Part shown: positions 37,801 to 50,000 of the stretch, piece after piece
How positions within the stretch are numbered: position 1 is the first letter of the stretch
Layout: each line of letters starts with the position of its first letter
Origin: Eledone cirrhosa
Lineage: Eukaryota
Length of the DNA stretch: 64,000 bases
NCBI GenBank assembly: GCA_964016885.1
Contig: OZ024744.1
Location: 135,284,001-135,348,000 of the forward strand
Reading direction: 5' to 3'
Position numbers and translations under genes: made by a program
Notes under the pieces: model-generated
Seen by the model: only the letters and a program-made list of their open reading frames with translations
Database searches by the model: none
What the model was told of the DNA's origin: nothing

Positions 37801-40800
37801 GGGTTTAAGTTAAGTGGGGTTAAGTGAAGTTGGGGTTAAGTTAAGTTGGGGGTAAGTTAAGTTGGGGGTAAGTTAAGTTGGGGTTAATTTAAGTTGGGTC
37901 AAATTAAGTTGGGGTTAAGTTAAGTTGGGGTTGAGTTAAGTTGGGGTTAAATTAAGTTGGGGTTAAGTTAAGTTGGGGTTAAGTTAAGTTGGGGTTAAGT
38001 TAAGTTGGGGGTAAGTTAGTTGGTGGTAAGTTAAGTTGGGGGTAAGTTAAGATGGGGTTAAGTTAAGTTGGGGTTAAGTTAATTTGGGGTTAAGTTAGGG
38101 TTAAGTTAAGTTGGGGTTGAGTTAAGTTGGGGGTAATTTAAGTTGGAGTTAAGTTAAGTTGGGGTTAAGTTAAGTTGGGGTTAATTTAAGTTGGGGTTAA
38201 GTTAAGTTAGGGGTAAGTTAAGTTGGGGGTAAGTTAAGTTGGGGGTAAGTTAAGTTGGGGTTAAGTTAAGTTAGGGTTAAGGTAAGTTGGGGTTGAGTTA
38301 AGTTGGGGTTAAGTTAAGTTGGGGTTATGTTAAGTTGGGGTTAAGTTAAGTTGCGGTTAAGTTAAGTTGGGGTTAAGTGAAGTTGGGGTTAAGTTAACTT
38401 GGGGTTAAGTTAAGTTGGGGTTAAGTTAAGTTGGGGTTAAGTTAAGTTGGGGTTCAGTTAGATTGTGGTTAAGTTAAGTTGGGGTTAAGTTAAGTTGGGG
38501 TTAAGTTAAGTTGGGGTTAAGTTAAGTTGGGGTTGAGTTAATTTGGGGTTAACTTAAGTTGGGGGTACTTAAGTTGGGTTTAAGTTAAGTGGGGTTAAGT
38601 TAAGTTGGGGTTAAGTTAAGTTGGGGTTAAGTTAAGTTGGGGTTAAGATAGGTTGTGGTTAAGTTAAGTTGGGGGTAAGTTAAGTTGGGGTTAATTTAAG
38701 TTGGGTCTAATTAAGTTGGGGTTAAGTTAAGTTGGGGTTAAGTTAAGTTGGGGTTGAGTTAATTTGGGGTTAACTTAAGTTGGGGGTACTTAAGTTGGGT
38801 TTAAGTTAAGTGGGGTTAAGTTAAGTTGGGGTTAAGTTAAATTGGGGGTAAGTTAAGTTGGGGGTAAGTTAAGTTGGAGTTAATTTAAGTTGGGTCAAAT
38901 TAAGTTGGGGTTAAGTTAAGTTGGGGTTAAGTTAAGTTGGGGTTAAATTAAGTTGGAGTTAAGTTAAGTTGGGGTTAAATTAAGTTTGGGTTAAGTTAAG
39001 TTTGGGTTAAGTTAAGTTGGGGTTAAGTTAAGTTGGGGGTCAGTTAAGTTGGTGGTAAGTTAAGTTGGGGGTAAGTTAAGATGGGGTTGAGTTAAGTTGG
39101 GGTTAAGTTAATTTGGGGTTAAGTTAGGGTTAAGTTAAGTTGGGGTTGAGTTAAGTTGGGGTTAAGTTAAGTTGGGGTTATGTTAAGTTGGGGTTAAGTT
39201 AAGTTGGGGTTAAGATGAGTTGGGGTTCAGTTAAGTTGCGGTTAAGTCAAGTTGGGGTTAAGTTAAGTTGGGGTTAAGTTAAGTTGGGGTTAAGTTAAGT
39301 TGGCGTTAATTCAAGTTGGGGTTAAGTTAAGTTGGGGTTAAGTTAAGTTGGGGTTAAATTAAGTTGGGGTTAAGTTAAGTTGGGGTTAATTTAAGTTGGG
39401 GATAAGATAAGTTGGGGTTAAGTTAAGTTGGGGTTGAGTTAAGTTGGGGTTGAGTTAATTTGGGGTTAACTTAAGTTGGGGTTAAGTTAAGTTGGGGTTA
39501 AGTTAAATTGGGGTTAAGTTAAGTTGGGGTTAAGTTAAGTTGGGGGTAAGTTAAGTTTGGGTTAGTTAAGTTGCGGTTAAGTTAAGTTGGGGTTAAGTTA
39601 AGTTGGGGTTAAGTTAAGTTGGGGTTAAGTTAAGTTGGGGTTAATTTAAGTTGGGGTTAAGTTAAGTTGGGGTTAATTTAAGTTGGGGTTAATTTAAGTT
39701 GGGGTTAAGTTAAGTTGGGGTTAAGTTAAGTTGGGGTTAAGTTAAGTTGGGGGTAACTTAAGTTGGGGGTGAGTTAAGTTGGGGTTAATTTAAGTTGGGG
39801 TTAAGTTGGGGTTAAGTTAAGTTAGGGTTAAGTTAAGTTGGGGTTGAGTTAAGTTGGGGTTAAGTTAAGTGGTGATTATGTTAAGTTGGGGTTAAGTTAA
39901 GTTGGGGTTAAGTTAAATTGGGGTTAAGTTAAGTTGCGGTTATGTTAAGTTGGGGTTAAGTTAAGTTGGGGTTAAGTTAAGTTGGGGTTAAGTTAAGTTG
40001 GGGTTAAGTTAAGTCGGGGTTAAGATAAGTTGGGGTTAAGTTAAGTTGGGATTAAGTTAATTTGGGGTTAAGTTAAGTTGGGGTTAAGTTAAGTTGGGGT
40101 TAAGTTAAGTTGAGGTTAATTTAAGTTGGGGTTAAGTTAAGTTGGGGTTAAGTTAAGTTGGTTAGTTAAGTTGAGTTTAAATTAAGTTGGGGTTAAGTTA
40201 AGTTGCGGTTAAGTTAAGTTTGGGTTAAGTTAAGTTGGGGTTAAGTTAAGTTGGGGTTAAGTTAAGTTGGGGTTAAGTTAAGTTGGGGTTAAGTTAAGTT
40301 GGTGTTAAGTTAAGTTGGGGCTAATTTAAGTTGGGGCTGAGTTAAGTTGGGGCTGAGTTAAGTTGGGGTTAAGTTAAGTTGGGGTTGAGTTAAGTTGGGG
40401 TTACGTTAAGTTGGGGTTAAGTTAAGTTGGGGTTAAGTTAAGTTGGGGTTTAGTTAAGTTGGGGTTCAGTTAAGTTGGGGTTAAGTTAAGTTTGGGTTAA
40501 GTTGGGGTTAAATTAAGTTGGGGTTAAGTTAAGTTGGGATTTAGTTAAGTTGGGGTTAAGTTAAGTCGGGGTTAATTTAAGTTGGTGTTAAGTTAAGTTG
40601 CGGGTAATTTAAGTTGGAGTTAAGTTAAGTTGGGGTTAAGTTAAGTTGGGGTTAAGTTAAGTTGGGGTTAAGTTAAGTTGGGGTTAAGTTAAGTTAGGGG
40701 TAAGTTAAGTTGGGGGTAAGTTAAGTTGGGGGTAAGTTAAGTTGGGGTTAAGTTAAGTTGGGGTTAAGTTAAGTTAGGGTTAAGGTAAGTTGGGGTTGAG

Positions 40801-41700
40801 TTAAGTTGGGGTTAATTTAAGTTGGGGTTATGTTAAGTTGGGGTTAAGTTAAGTTGCGGTTAAGTTAAGTTGGGTTTAAGTGAAGTTGGGGTTAAGTTAA
40901 CTTGGGGTTAAGTTAAGTTGGGGTTAAGTTAAGTTGGGGTTAAGTTAAGTTGGGGAAGTTGGGGTTAAGTTAAGTTGGGGTTAAGTTAAGTTGGGGTTAA
41001 GTTAAGTTGGCGTTAATTTAAGTTGGGGTTAAGTTAAGATGGGGTTAAGTTAAGTTGGGGTTAAGTTAAGTTGGGGTTAATTTAAGTTGGGGTTAAGTTA
41101 AGTTGGGGTTGAGTTAAGTTGGGGTTAAGTTAAGTTGGGGTTATGTTAAGTTGGGGTTAAGTTAAGTTGGGGTTAAGATGAGTTGGGGTTCAGTTAAGTT
41201 GCGGTTAAGTTAAGTTGGGGTTAAGTTAAGTTGGGGTTAAGTTAAGTTGGGGTTAAGTTAAGTTGGCGTTAATTTAAGTTGGGGTTAAGTTAAGTTGGGG
41301 TTAAGTTAAGTTGCGGTTAAATTAAGTTGGGGTTAAGTTAAGTTGGGGTTTATTTAAGTTGGGGTTAATTAAGTTGGGGTTAAGTTAAGTTGGGGTTAAG
41401 TTAAGTTGGGGTTAACTTAAGTTGGGGTTGAGTTAAGTTGGGGTTAAGTTAAGTTGGGGTTATATTAAGTTGGAGTTAAGTTAAGTTGGGGTTAAGTTAA
41501 GTTGGGGTTCAGTTAAGTTGCGGTTAAGTTAAGTTGGGGTTAAGTTAAGTTGGGGTTAAGTTAAGTTGGGGTTAAGTTAAGTTGGGGTTAATTTAGGTTG
41601 GGGTTAAGTTAAGTTGGTGTTAAGTTAAGTTGGGGCTAAGTTAAGTTGGGGCTGAGTTAAGTTGGGGCTGAGTTAAGCTGGGGTTAAGTTAAGTTGGGGT
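26700..41700 (+). repeat. Tandem higher-order duplication, about 6.4-kb unit, about 2.3 copies (boundaries approximate)
   Basis: GGGGAAG at 28167/34569/40956 (+6402, +6387); GGCGGGG at 29534/35936 and 31003/37469; GCGGTTAAGTCAAG at 32766/39248; GGTGATTATG at 33393/39875 (+6482); TTAGAG at about 30353/36820. Confidence 0.85.
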
Positions 41701-43080
41701 TGAGTTAAGTTGGGGTTTAGTTAAGTTGGGGTTCAGTTAAGTTGGGGTTAAGTTAAGTTTGGGTTAAGTTGGGGTTAAATTAAGTTGGGGTTAAGTTAAG
41801 TTGGGGTTCAGTTAAGTTGGGGTTAAGTTAAGTTGGGGTTAAGTTAAGTTGGGGATTAGTTAAGTTGGGGTTCAGTTAAGTTGGGGTTAAGTTAAGTTTG
41901 GGTTAAGTTGGGGTTAAATTAAGTTGGGGTTAAGTTAAGTTGGGGTTTAGTTAAGTTGGGGTTAAGTTAAGTCGGGGTTAATTTAAGTTGGGGTTAAGTT
42001 AAGTTGCGGGTAATTTAAGTTGGAGTTAAGTTAAGTTGGGGTTAAGTTAAGTTGGGGTTAAGTTAAGTTGGGGTTAAGTTAAGTTGCGGTTAAGTTAAGT
42101 TGGGGTTAAGTTAAGTTGGGGTTAAGTTAGATTGTGGTTAAGTTAAGTTGGGGTTAAGTTAAGTTGGGGTTAAGTTAAGTTGGGGTTAAGTTAAGGCGGG
42201 GTTAAGTTGAGTTGGGGGTACTTAAGTTGGGTTTAAGTTAAGTGGGGTTAAGTGAAGTTGGGGTTAAGTTAAGTTGGGGGTAACTTAAGTTGGGGGTAAG
42301 TTAAGTTGGGGTTAATTTAAGTTGGGTCAAATTAAGTTGGGGTTAAGTTAAGTTGGGGTTAAGTTAAGTTGGGGTTAAATTAAGTTGGGGTTAAGTTAAG
42401 TTGGGGTTAAATTAAGTTGGGGTTAAGTTGCGGTTAAGTTAAGTTGGGGTTAAGTTAAGTTGGGGGGTAAGTTAAGTTGGTGGTAAGTTAAGTTGGGGGT
42501 AAGTTAAGATGGGGTTAAGTTAAGTTGGGGTTAAGTTAATTTGGGGTTAAGTTAGGGTTAAGTTAAGTTGGGGTTGAGTTAAGTTGGGGTTAAGTTAAGT
42601 TGGGGTTATGTTAAGTTGGGGTTAAGTTAAGTTGGGGTTAAGATGAGTTGGGGTTCAGTTAAGTTGCGGTTAAGTTAAGTTGGGGTTAAGTTAAGTTGGG
42701 GTTAAGTTAAGTTGGGGTTAAGTTAAGTTGGCGTTAATTTAAGTTGGGGTTAAGTTAAGTTGGGGTTAAGTTAAGTTGCGGTTAAATTAAGTTGGGGTTA
42801 AGTTAAGTTGGGGTTTATTTAAGTTGGGGTTAATTAAGTTGGGGTTAAGTTAAGTTGGGGTTAAGTTAAGTTGGGGTTAACTTAAGTTGGGGTTGAGTTA
42901 AGTTGGGGTTAAGTTAAGTTGGGGTTATATTAAGTTGGAGTTAAGTTAAGTTGGGGTTAAGTTAAGTTGGGGTTCAGTTAAGTTGCGGTTAAGTTAAGTT
43001 GGGGTTAAGTTAAGTTGGGGTTAAGTTAAGTTGGGGTTAAGTTAAGTTGGGGTTAATTTAGGTTGGGGTTAAGTTAAGTT

Positions 43081-46000
43081 GGTGTTAAGTTAAGTTGGGG
43101 CTAAGTTAAGTTGGGGCTGAGTTAAGTTGGGGCTGAGTTAAGTTGGGGTTAAGTTAAGTTGGGGTTGAGTTAAGTTGGGGTTAAGTTAAGTTGGGGTTCA
43201 GTTAAGTTGGGGTTAAGTTAAGTTGGGGTTAAGTTAAGTTGGGGTTTAGTTAAGTTGGGGTTCAGTTAAGTTGGGGTTAAGTTAAGTTTGGGTTAAGTTG
43301 GGGTTAAATTAAGTTGGGGTTAAGTTAAGTTGGGGTTTAGTTAAGTTGGGGTTAAGTTAAGTCGGGGTTAATTTAAGTTGGGGTTAAGTTAAGTTGCGGG
43401 TAATTTAAGTTGGAGTTAAGTTAAGTTGGGGTTAAGTTAAGTTGGGGTTAAGTTAAGTTGGGGTTAAGTTAAGTTGCGGTTAAGTTAAGTTGGGGTTAAG
43501 TTAAGTTGGGGTTAAGTTAGATTGTGGTTAAGTTAAGTTGGGGTTAAGTTAAGTTGGGGTTAAGTTAAGTTGGGGTTAAGTTAAGGCGGGGTTAAGTTGA
43601 GTTGGGGTTAAGTTAAGTTGGGGTTAAGTTAAGTTGGGGTTGAGTTAATTTGGGGTTAACTTAAGTTGGGGGTACTTAAGTTGGGTTTAAGTTAAGTTGG
43701 GGTTAAGTTAAGTTGGGGTTAAGTTAAGTTGGGGTTAAGTTAAGTTGGGGTTAAGTTAGGTTGTGGTTAAGTTAAGTTGGGGGTAAGTTAAGTTGGGGGT
43801 AAGTTAAGTTGGGGTTAATTTAAGTTGGGTCTAATTAAGTTGGGGTTAAGTTAAGTTGGGGTTAAGTTAAGTTGGGGTTGAGTTAATTTGGGGTTAACTT
43901 AAGTTGGGGGTACTTAAGTTGGGTTTAAGTTAAGTGGGGTTAAGTGAAGTTGGGGTTAAGTTAAGTTGGGGGTAAGTTAAGTTGGGGGTAAGTTAAGTTG
44001 GGGTTAATTTAAGTTGGGTCAAATTAAGTTGGGGTTAAGTTAAGTTGGGGTTAAGTTAAGTTGGGGTTAAATTAAGTTGGGGTTAAGTTAAGTTGGGGTT
44101 AAATTAAGTTGGGGTTAAGTTGCGGTTAAGTTAAGTTGGGGTTAAGTTAAGTTGGGGGTAAGTTAAGTTGGTGGTAAGTTAAGTTGGGGGTAAGTTAAGA
44201 TGGGGTTAAGTTAAGTTGGGGTTAAGTTAATTTGGGGTTAAGTTAGGGTTAAGTTAAGTTGGGGTTGAGTTAAGTTGGGGTTAAGTTAAGTTGGGGTTAT
44301 GTTAAGTTGGGGTTAAGTTAAGTTGGGGTTAAGATGAGTTGGGGTTCAGTTAAGTTGCGGTTAAGTTAAGTTGGGGTTAAGTTAAGTTGGCGTTAATTTA
44401 AGTTGGGGTTAAGTTAAGTTGGGGTTAAGTTAAGTTGCGGTTAAATTAAGTTGGGGTTAAGTTAAGTTGGGGTTTATTTAAGTTGGGGTTAATTAAGTTG
44501 GGGTTAAGTTAAGTTGGGGTTAAGTTAAGTTGGGGTTAACTTAAGTTGGGGTTGAGTTAAGTTGGGGTTAAGTTAAGTTGGGGTTATATTAAGTTGGAGT
44601 TAAGTTAAGTTGGGGTTAAGTTAAGTTTGGGTTCAGTTAAGTTGCGGTTAAGTTAAGTTGGGGTTAAGTTAAGTTGGGGTTTAGTTAACTTGGGGTTAAG
44701 TTAAGTTGGGGTTAAGTTAGGTTGGGGTTTAGTTAAGTTGGTGTTAAGTTAAGTTGGGGCTAAGTTAAGTTGGGGCTGAGTTAAGTTGGGGCTGAGTTAA
44801 GTTGGGGTTAAGTTAAGTTGGGGTTGAGTTAAGTTGGGGTTAAGTTAAGTTGGGGTTCAGTTAAGTTGGGGTTAAGTTAAGTTGGGGTTAAGTTAAGTTG
44901 GGGTTTAGTTAAGTTGGGGTTCAGTTAAGTTGGGGTTAAGTTAAGTTTGGGTTAAGTTGGGGTTAAATTAAGTTGGGGTTAAGTTAAGTTGGGGTTTAGT
45001 TAAGTTGGGGTTAAGTTAAGTCGGGGTTAATTTAAGTTGGGGTTAAGTTAAGTTGCGGGTAATTTAAGTTGGAGTTAAGTTAAGTTGGGGTTAAGTTAAG
45101 TTGGGGTTAAGTTAAGTTGGGGTTAAGTTAAGTTGCGGTTAAGTTAAGTTGGGGTTAAGTTAAGTTGGGGTTAAGTTAGATTGTGGTTAAGTTAAGTTGG
45201 GGTTAAGTTAAGTTGGGGTTAAGTTAAGTTGGGGTTAAGTTAAGGCGGGGTTAAGTTGAGTTGGGGTTAAGTTAAGTTGGGGTTAAGTTAAGTTGGGGTT
45301 GAGTTAATTTGGGGTTAACTTAAGTTGGGGGTACTTAAGTTGGGTTTAAGTTAAGTTGGGGTTAAGTTAAGTTGGGGTTAAGTTAAGTTGGGGTTAAGTT
45401 AAGTTGGGGTTAAGTTAGGTTGTGGTTAAGTTAAGTTGGGGGTAAGTTAAGTTGGGGGTAAGTTAAGTTGGGGTTAATTTAAGTTGGGTCTAATTAAGTT
45501 GGGGTTAAGTTAAGTTGGGGTTAAGTTAAGTTGGGGTTGAGTTAATTTGGGGTTAACTTAAGTTGGGGGTACTTAAGTTGGGTTTAAGTTAAGTGGGGTT
45601 AAGTGAAGTTGGGGTTAAGTTAAGTTGGGGGTAAGTTAAGTTGGGGGTAAGTTAAGTTGGGGTTAATTTAAGTTGGGTCAAATTAAGTTGGGGTTAAGTT
45701 AAGTTGGGGTTAAGTTAAGTTGGGGTTAAATTAAGTTGGGGTTAAGTTAAGTTGGGGTTAAATTAAGTTGGGGTTAAGTTGCGGTTAAGTTAAGTTGGGG
45801 TTAAGTTAAGTTGGGGGTAAGTTAAGTTGGTGGTAAGTTAAGTTGGGGGTAAGTTAAGATGGGGTTAAGTTAAGTTGGGGTTAAGTTAATTTGGGGTTAA
45901 GTTAGGGTTAAGTTAAGTTGGGGTTGAGTTAAGTTGGGGTTAAGTTAAGTTGGGGTTATGTTAAGTTGGGGTTAAGTTAAGTTGGGGTTAAGATGAGTTG

Positions 46001-47010
46001 GGGTTCAGTTAAGTTGCGGTTAAGTTAAGTTGGGGTTAAGTTAAGTTGGCGTTAATTTAAGTTGGGGTTAAGTTAAGTTGGGGTTAAGTTAAGTTGCGGT
46101 TAAATTAAGTTGGGGTTAAGTTAAGTTGGGGTTTATTTAAGTTGGGGTTAATTAAGTTGGGGTTAAGTTAAGTTGGGGTTAAGTTAAGTTGGGGTTAACT
46201 TAAGTTGGGGTTGAGTTAAGTTGGGGTTAAGTTAAGTTGGGGTTATATTAAGTTGGAGTTAAGTTAAGTTGGGGTTAAGTTAAGTTTGGGTTCAGTTAAG
46301 TTGCGGTTAAGTTAAGTTGGGGTTAAGTTAAGTTGGGGTTTAGTTAACTTGGGGTTAAGTTAAGTTGGGGTTAAGTTAGGTTGGGGTTTAGTTAAGTTGG
46401 TGTTAAGTTAAGTTGGGGCTAAGTTAAGTTGGGGCTGAGTTAAGTTGGGGCTGAGTTAAGTTGGGGTTAAGTTAAGTTGGGGTTGAGTTAAGTTGGGGTT
46501 AAGTTAAGTTGGGGTTCAGTTAAGTTGGGGTTAAGTTAAGTTGGGGTTAAGTTAAGTTGGGGTTTAGTTAAGTTGGGGTTCAGTTAAGTTGGGGTTAAGT
46601 TAAGTTTGGGTTAAGTTGGGGTTAAATTAAGTTGGGGTTAAGTTAAGTTGGGGTTTAGTTAAGTTGGGGTTAAGTTAAGTCGGGGTTAATTTAAGTTGGG
46701 GTTAAGTTAAGTTGCGGGTAATTTAAGTTGGAGTTAAGTTAAGTTGGGGTTAAGTTAAGTTGGGGTTAAGTTAAGTTGGGGTTAAGTTAAGTTGCGGTTA
46801 AGTTAAGTTGGGGTTAAGTTAAGTTGGGGTTAAGTTAGATTGTGGTTAAGTTAAGTTGGGGTTAAGTTAAGTTGGGGTTAAGTTAAGTTGGGGTTAAGTT
46901 AAGGCGGGGTTAAGTTGAGTTGGGGTTAAGTTAAGTTGGGGTTAAGTTAAGTTGGGGTTGAGTTAATTTGGGGTTAACTTAAGTTGGGGGTACTTAAGTT
47001 GGGTTTAAGT
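43081..47010 (+). repeat. Tandem higher-order repeat, 1659-bp unit, about 2.4 copies
   Basis: GGCGGGG at C43587/C45246/C46905 and the 11-mer TTAAGTTGCGG at C44123/C45782, all exactly +1659. Confidence 0.9.
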
Positions 47011-50000
47011 TAAGTGGGGTTAAGTTAAGTTGGGGTTAAGTTAAGTTGGGGTTAAGTTAAGTTGGGGTTAAGTTAGGTTGTGGTTAAGTTAAGTTGGGGG
47101 TAAGTTAAGTTGGGGTTAATTTAAGTTGGGTCTAATTAAGTTGGGGTTAAGTTAAGTTGGGGTTAAGTTAAGTTGGGGTTGAGTTAATTTGGGGTTAACT
47201 TAAGTTGGGGGTACTTAAGTTGGGTTTAAGTTAAGTGGGGTTAAGTGAAGTTGGGGTTAAGTTAAGTTGGGGGTAAGTTAAGTTGGGGGTAAGTTAAGTT
47301 GGGGTTAATTTAAGTTGGGTCAAATTAAGTTGGGGTTAAGTTAAGTTGGGGTTGAGTTAAGTTGGGGTTAAATTAAGTTGGGGTTAAGTTAAGTTGGGGT
47401 TAAGTTAAGTTGGGGTTAAGTTAAGTTGGGGGTAAGTTAGTTGGTGGTAAGTTAAGTTGGGGGTAAGTTAAGATGGGGTTAAGTTAAGTTGGGGTTAAGT
47501 TAATTTGGGGTTAAGTTAGGGTTAAGTTAAGTTGGGGTTGAGTTAAGTTGGGGTTAAGTTAAGTTGGGGTTATGTTAAGTTGGGGTTAAGTTAAGTTGGG
47601 GTTAAGATGAGTTGGGGTTCAGTTAAGTTGCGGTTAAGTTAAGTTGGGGTTAAGTTAAGTTGGGGTTAAGTTAAGTTGGCGTTAATTTAAGTTGGGGTTA
47701 AGTTAAGTTGGGGTTAAGTTAAGTTGGGGTTAAATTAAGTTGGGGTTAAGTTAAGTTGGGGTTAATTTAAGTTGGGGTTAAGATAAGTTGGGGTTAATTT
47801 AAGTTGGGGTTGAGTTAAGTTGGGGTTGAGTTAATTTGGGGTTAACTTAAGTTGGGGGTACTTAATTTGGGTTTAAGTTAAGTGGGGTTAAGTTAAGTTG
47901 GGGTTAAGTTAAGTTGGGGTTAAGTTAAGTTGGGGTTAAGTTAGGTTGTGGTTAAGTTAAGTTGGGGGTAAGTTAAGTTGGGGGTAAGTTAAGTTGGGGT
48001 TAATTTAAGTTGGGTCTAATTAAGTTGGGGTTAAGTTAAGTTGGGGTTAAGTTAAGTTGGGGTTAAATTAAGTTGGGGTTAAGTTAAGTTGGGGTTAAAT
48101 TAATTTGGGGTTAAGTTAAGTTGGGGTTAAGTTAAATTGGGGTTAAGTTAAGTTGGGGTTAAGTTAAGTTGGGGGTAAGTTAAGTTGGTGGTAAGTTAAG
48201 TTGGGGGTAAGTTAAGATGGGGTTAAGTTAAGTTGAGGTTAAGTTAATTTGGGGTTAAGTTAGGGTTAAGTTAAGTTGGGGTTGAGTTAAGTTGGGGTTA
48301 AGTTAAGTTGGGGTTATGTTAAGTTGGGGTTAAGTTGAGTTGGGGTTAAGTTAAGTTGGGGTTAAGTTAAGTTGGGGTTAATTTAAGTTGGGGTTAAGTT
48401 GGGGTTAAGTTAAGTTGGGGTTAAATTAAGTTGGGGTTAAGTTAAGTTGGGGTTAATTTAAGTTGGGGTTCAGTTAAGTTGCGGTTATGTTAAGTTGGGG
48501 TTAAGTTAAGTTGGGGTTAAGTTAAGTTGGGGTTAATTTAAGTTGGGGTTAAGTTAAGTTGGGGTTAAGTTGATTTGTGGCTAATTTAAGTTGGGGTTAA
48601 GTTCAGTTGGGGTTAAGTTCAGTCGGGGTTAAGTTAAGTTGGGGTTGAGTTAAGTTGGGGTTAATTTAAGTTGGGGTTGAGTTAAGTTGGGGTTAAGTTA
48701 AGTTGGTGTTAAGATAAGTTGGGGTTAAGTTAAGTTGGGGTTGAGTTATGTTGGGGTTGATTTAATTTGGGGTTAAGTTAAGTTGGGGTTAACTTAAGTT
48801 GGGTTTAAGTTAAGTTGGGTTTAAGTTAAGTTGGGGTTAAATTAAGTTGGGGTTAAGTTAATATGGGGGTAAGTTAAGTTGGGGTTAGTTAAGTTGCGGT
48901 TAAGTTAAGTTGGGGTTAAGTTAAGTTGGGGTTAAGTTAAGTTGGGGTTAAGTTAAGTTGGGGTTAATTTAAGTTGGGGTTAAGTTAAGTTGGGGTTAAT
49001 TTAAGTTGGGGTTAATTTAAGTTGGGGTTAAGTTAAGTTGGGGTTAAGTTAAGTTGGGGTTAAGTTAAGTTGGGGGTAAGTTAAGTTGGGGGTGAGTTAA
49101 GTTGGGGTTAATTTAAGTTGGGGTTAAGTTGGGGTTAAGTTAAGTTAGGGTTAAGTTAAGTTGGGGTTGAGTTAAGTTGGGGTTAAGTTAAGTGGTGGTT
49201 ATGTTAAGTTGGGGTTAAGTTAAGTTGGGGTTAAGTTAAATTGGGGTTAACTTAAGTTGCGGTTAAGTTAAGTTGGGGTTAAGTTAAGTTGGGGTTAAGT
49301 TAAGTCGGGGTTAAGATAAGTTGGGGTTAAGTTGGGGTTAAGTAAAGTTGGGATTAAGTTAATTTGGGGTTAAGTTAAGTTGGGGTTAAGTTAAGTTGGG
49401 GTTGAGTTAAGTTGAGGTTAAGTTAAGTTGGGGTTAAATTAAGTTGGGGTTAAGTTAAGCTGGGGTTAAGTTAAGTTGGGGTTAATTAAATTGGGTTTCA
49501 GTTAAGTTGGGGTTAATTTAAGTTGGGGTTAAGTTAAGTTGGGGTTAAGTTAAGTTGGTTAGTTAAGTTGAGTTTAAGTTAAGTTGGGGTTAAGTTAAGT
49601 TGCGGTTAAGTTAAGTTGGGGTTAAGTTAAGTTGGGGTTAAGTTAAGTTGGGGTTAAGTTAAGTTGGGGTTAAGTTAAGTTGGGGTTAAGTTAAGTTGGT
49701 GTTAAGTTAAGTTGGGGCTAAGTTAAGTTGGGGCTGAGTTAAGTTGGGGCTGAGTTAAGTTGGGGTTAAATTAAGTTGGGGTTGAGTTAAGTTGGGGTTA
49801 ATTTAAGTTGGGGTTAAGTTAAGTTGGGGTTAAGTTAAGTTGGGGTTTACTTAAGTTGGGGTTCAGTTAAGTTGGGGTTAAGTTAAGTTTGGGTTAAGTT
49901 GGGGTTAAATTAAGTTGGGGTTAAGTTAAGTTGGGGTTTAGTTAAGTTGGGGTTAAGTTAAGTCGGGGTTAATTTAAGTTGGGGTTAAGTTAAGTTGCGG

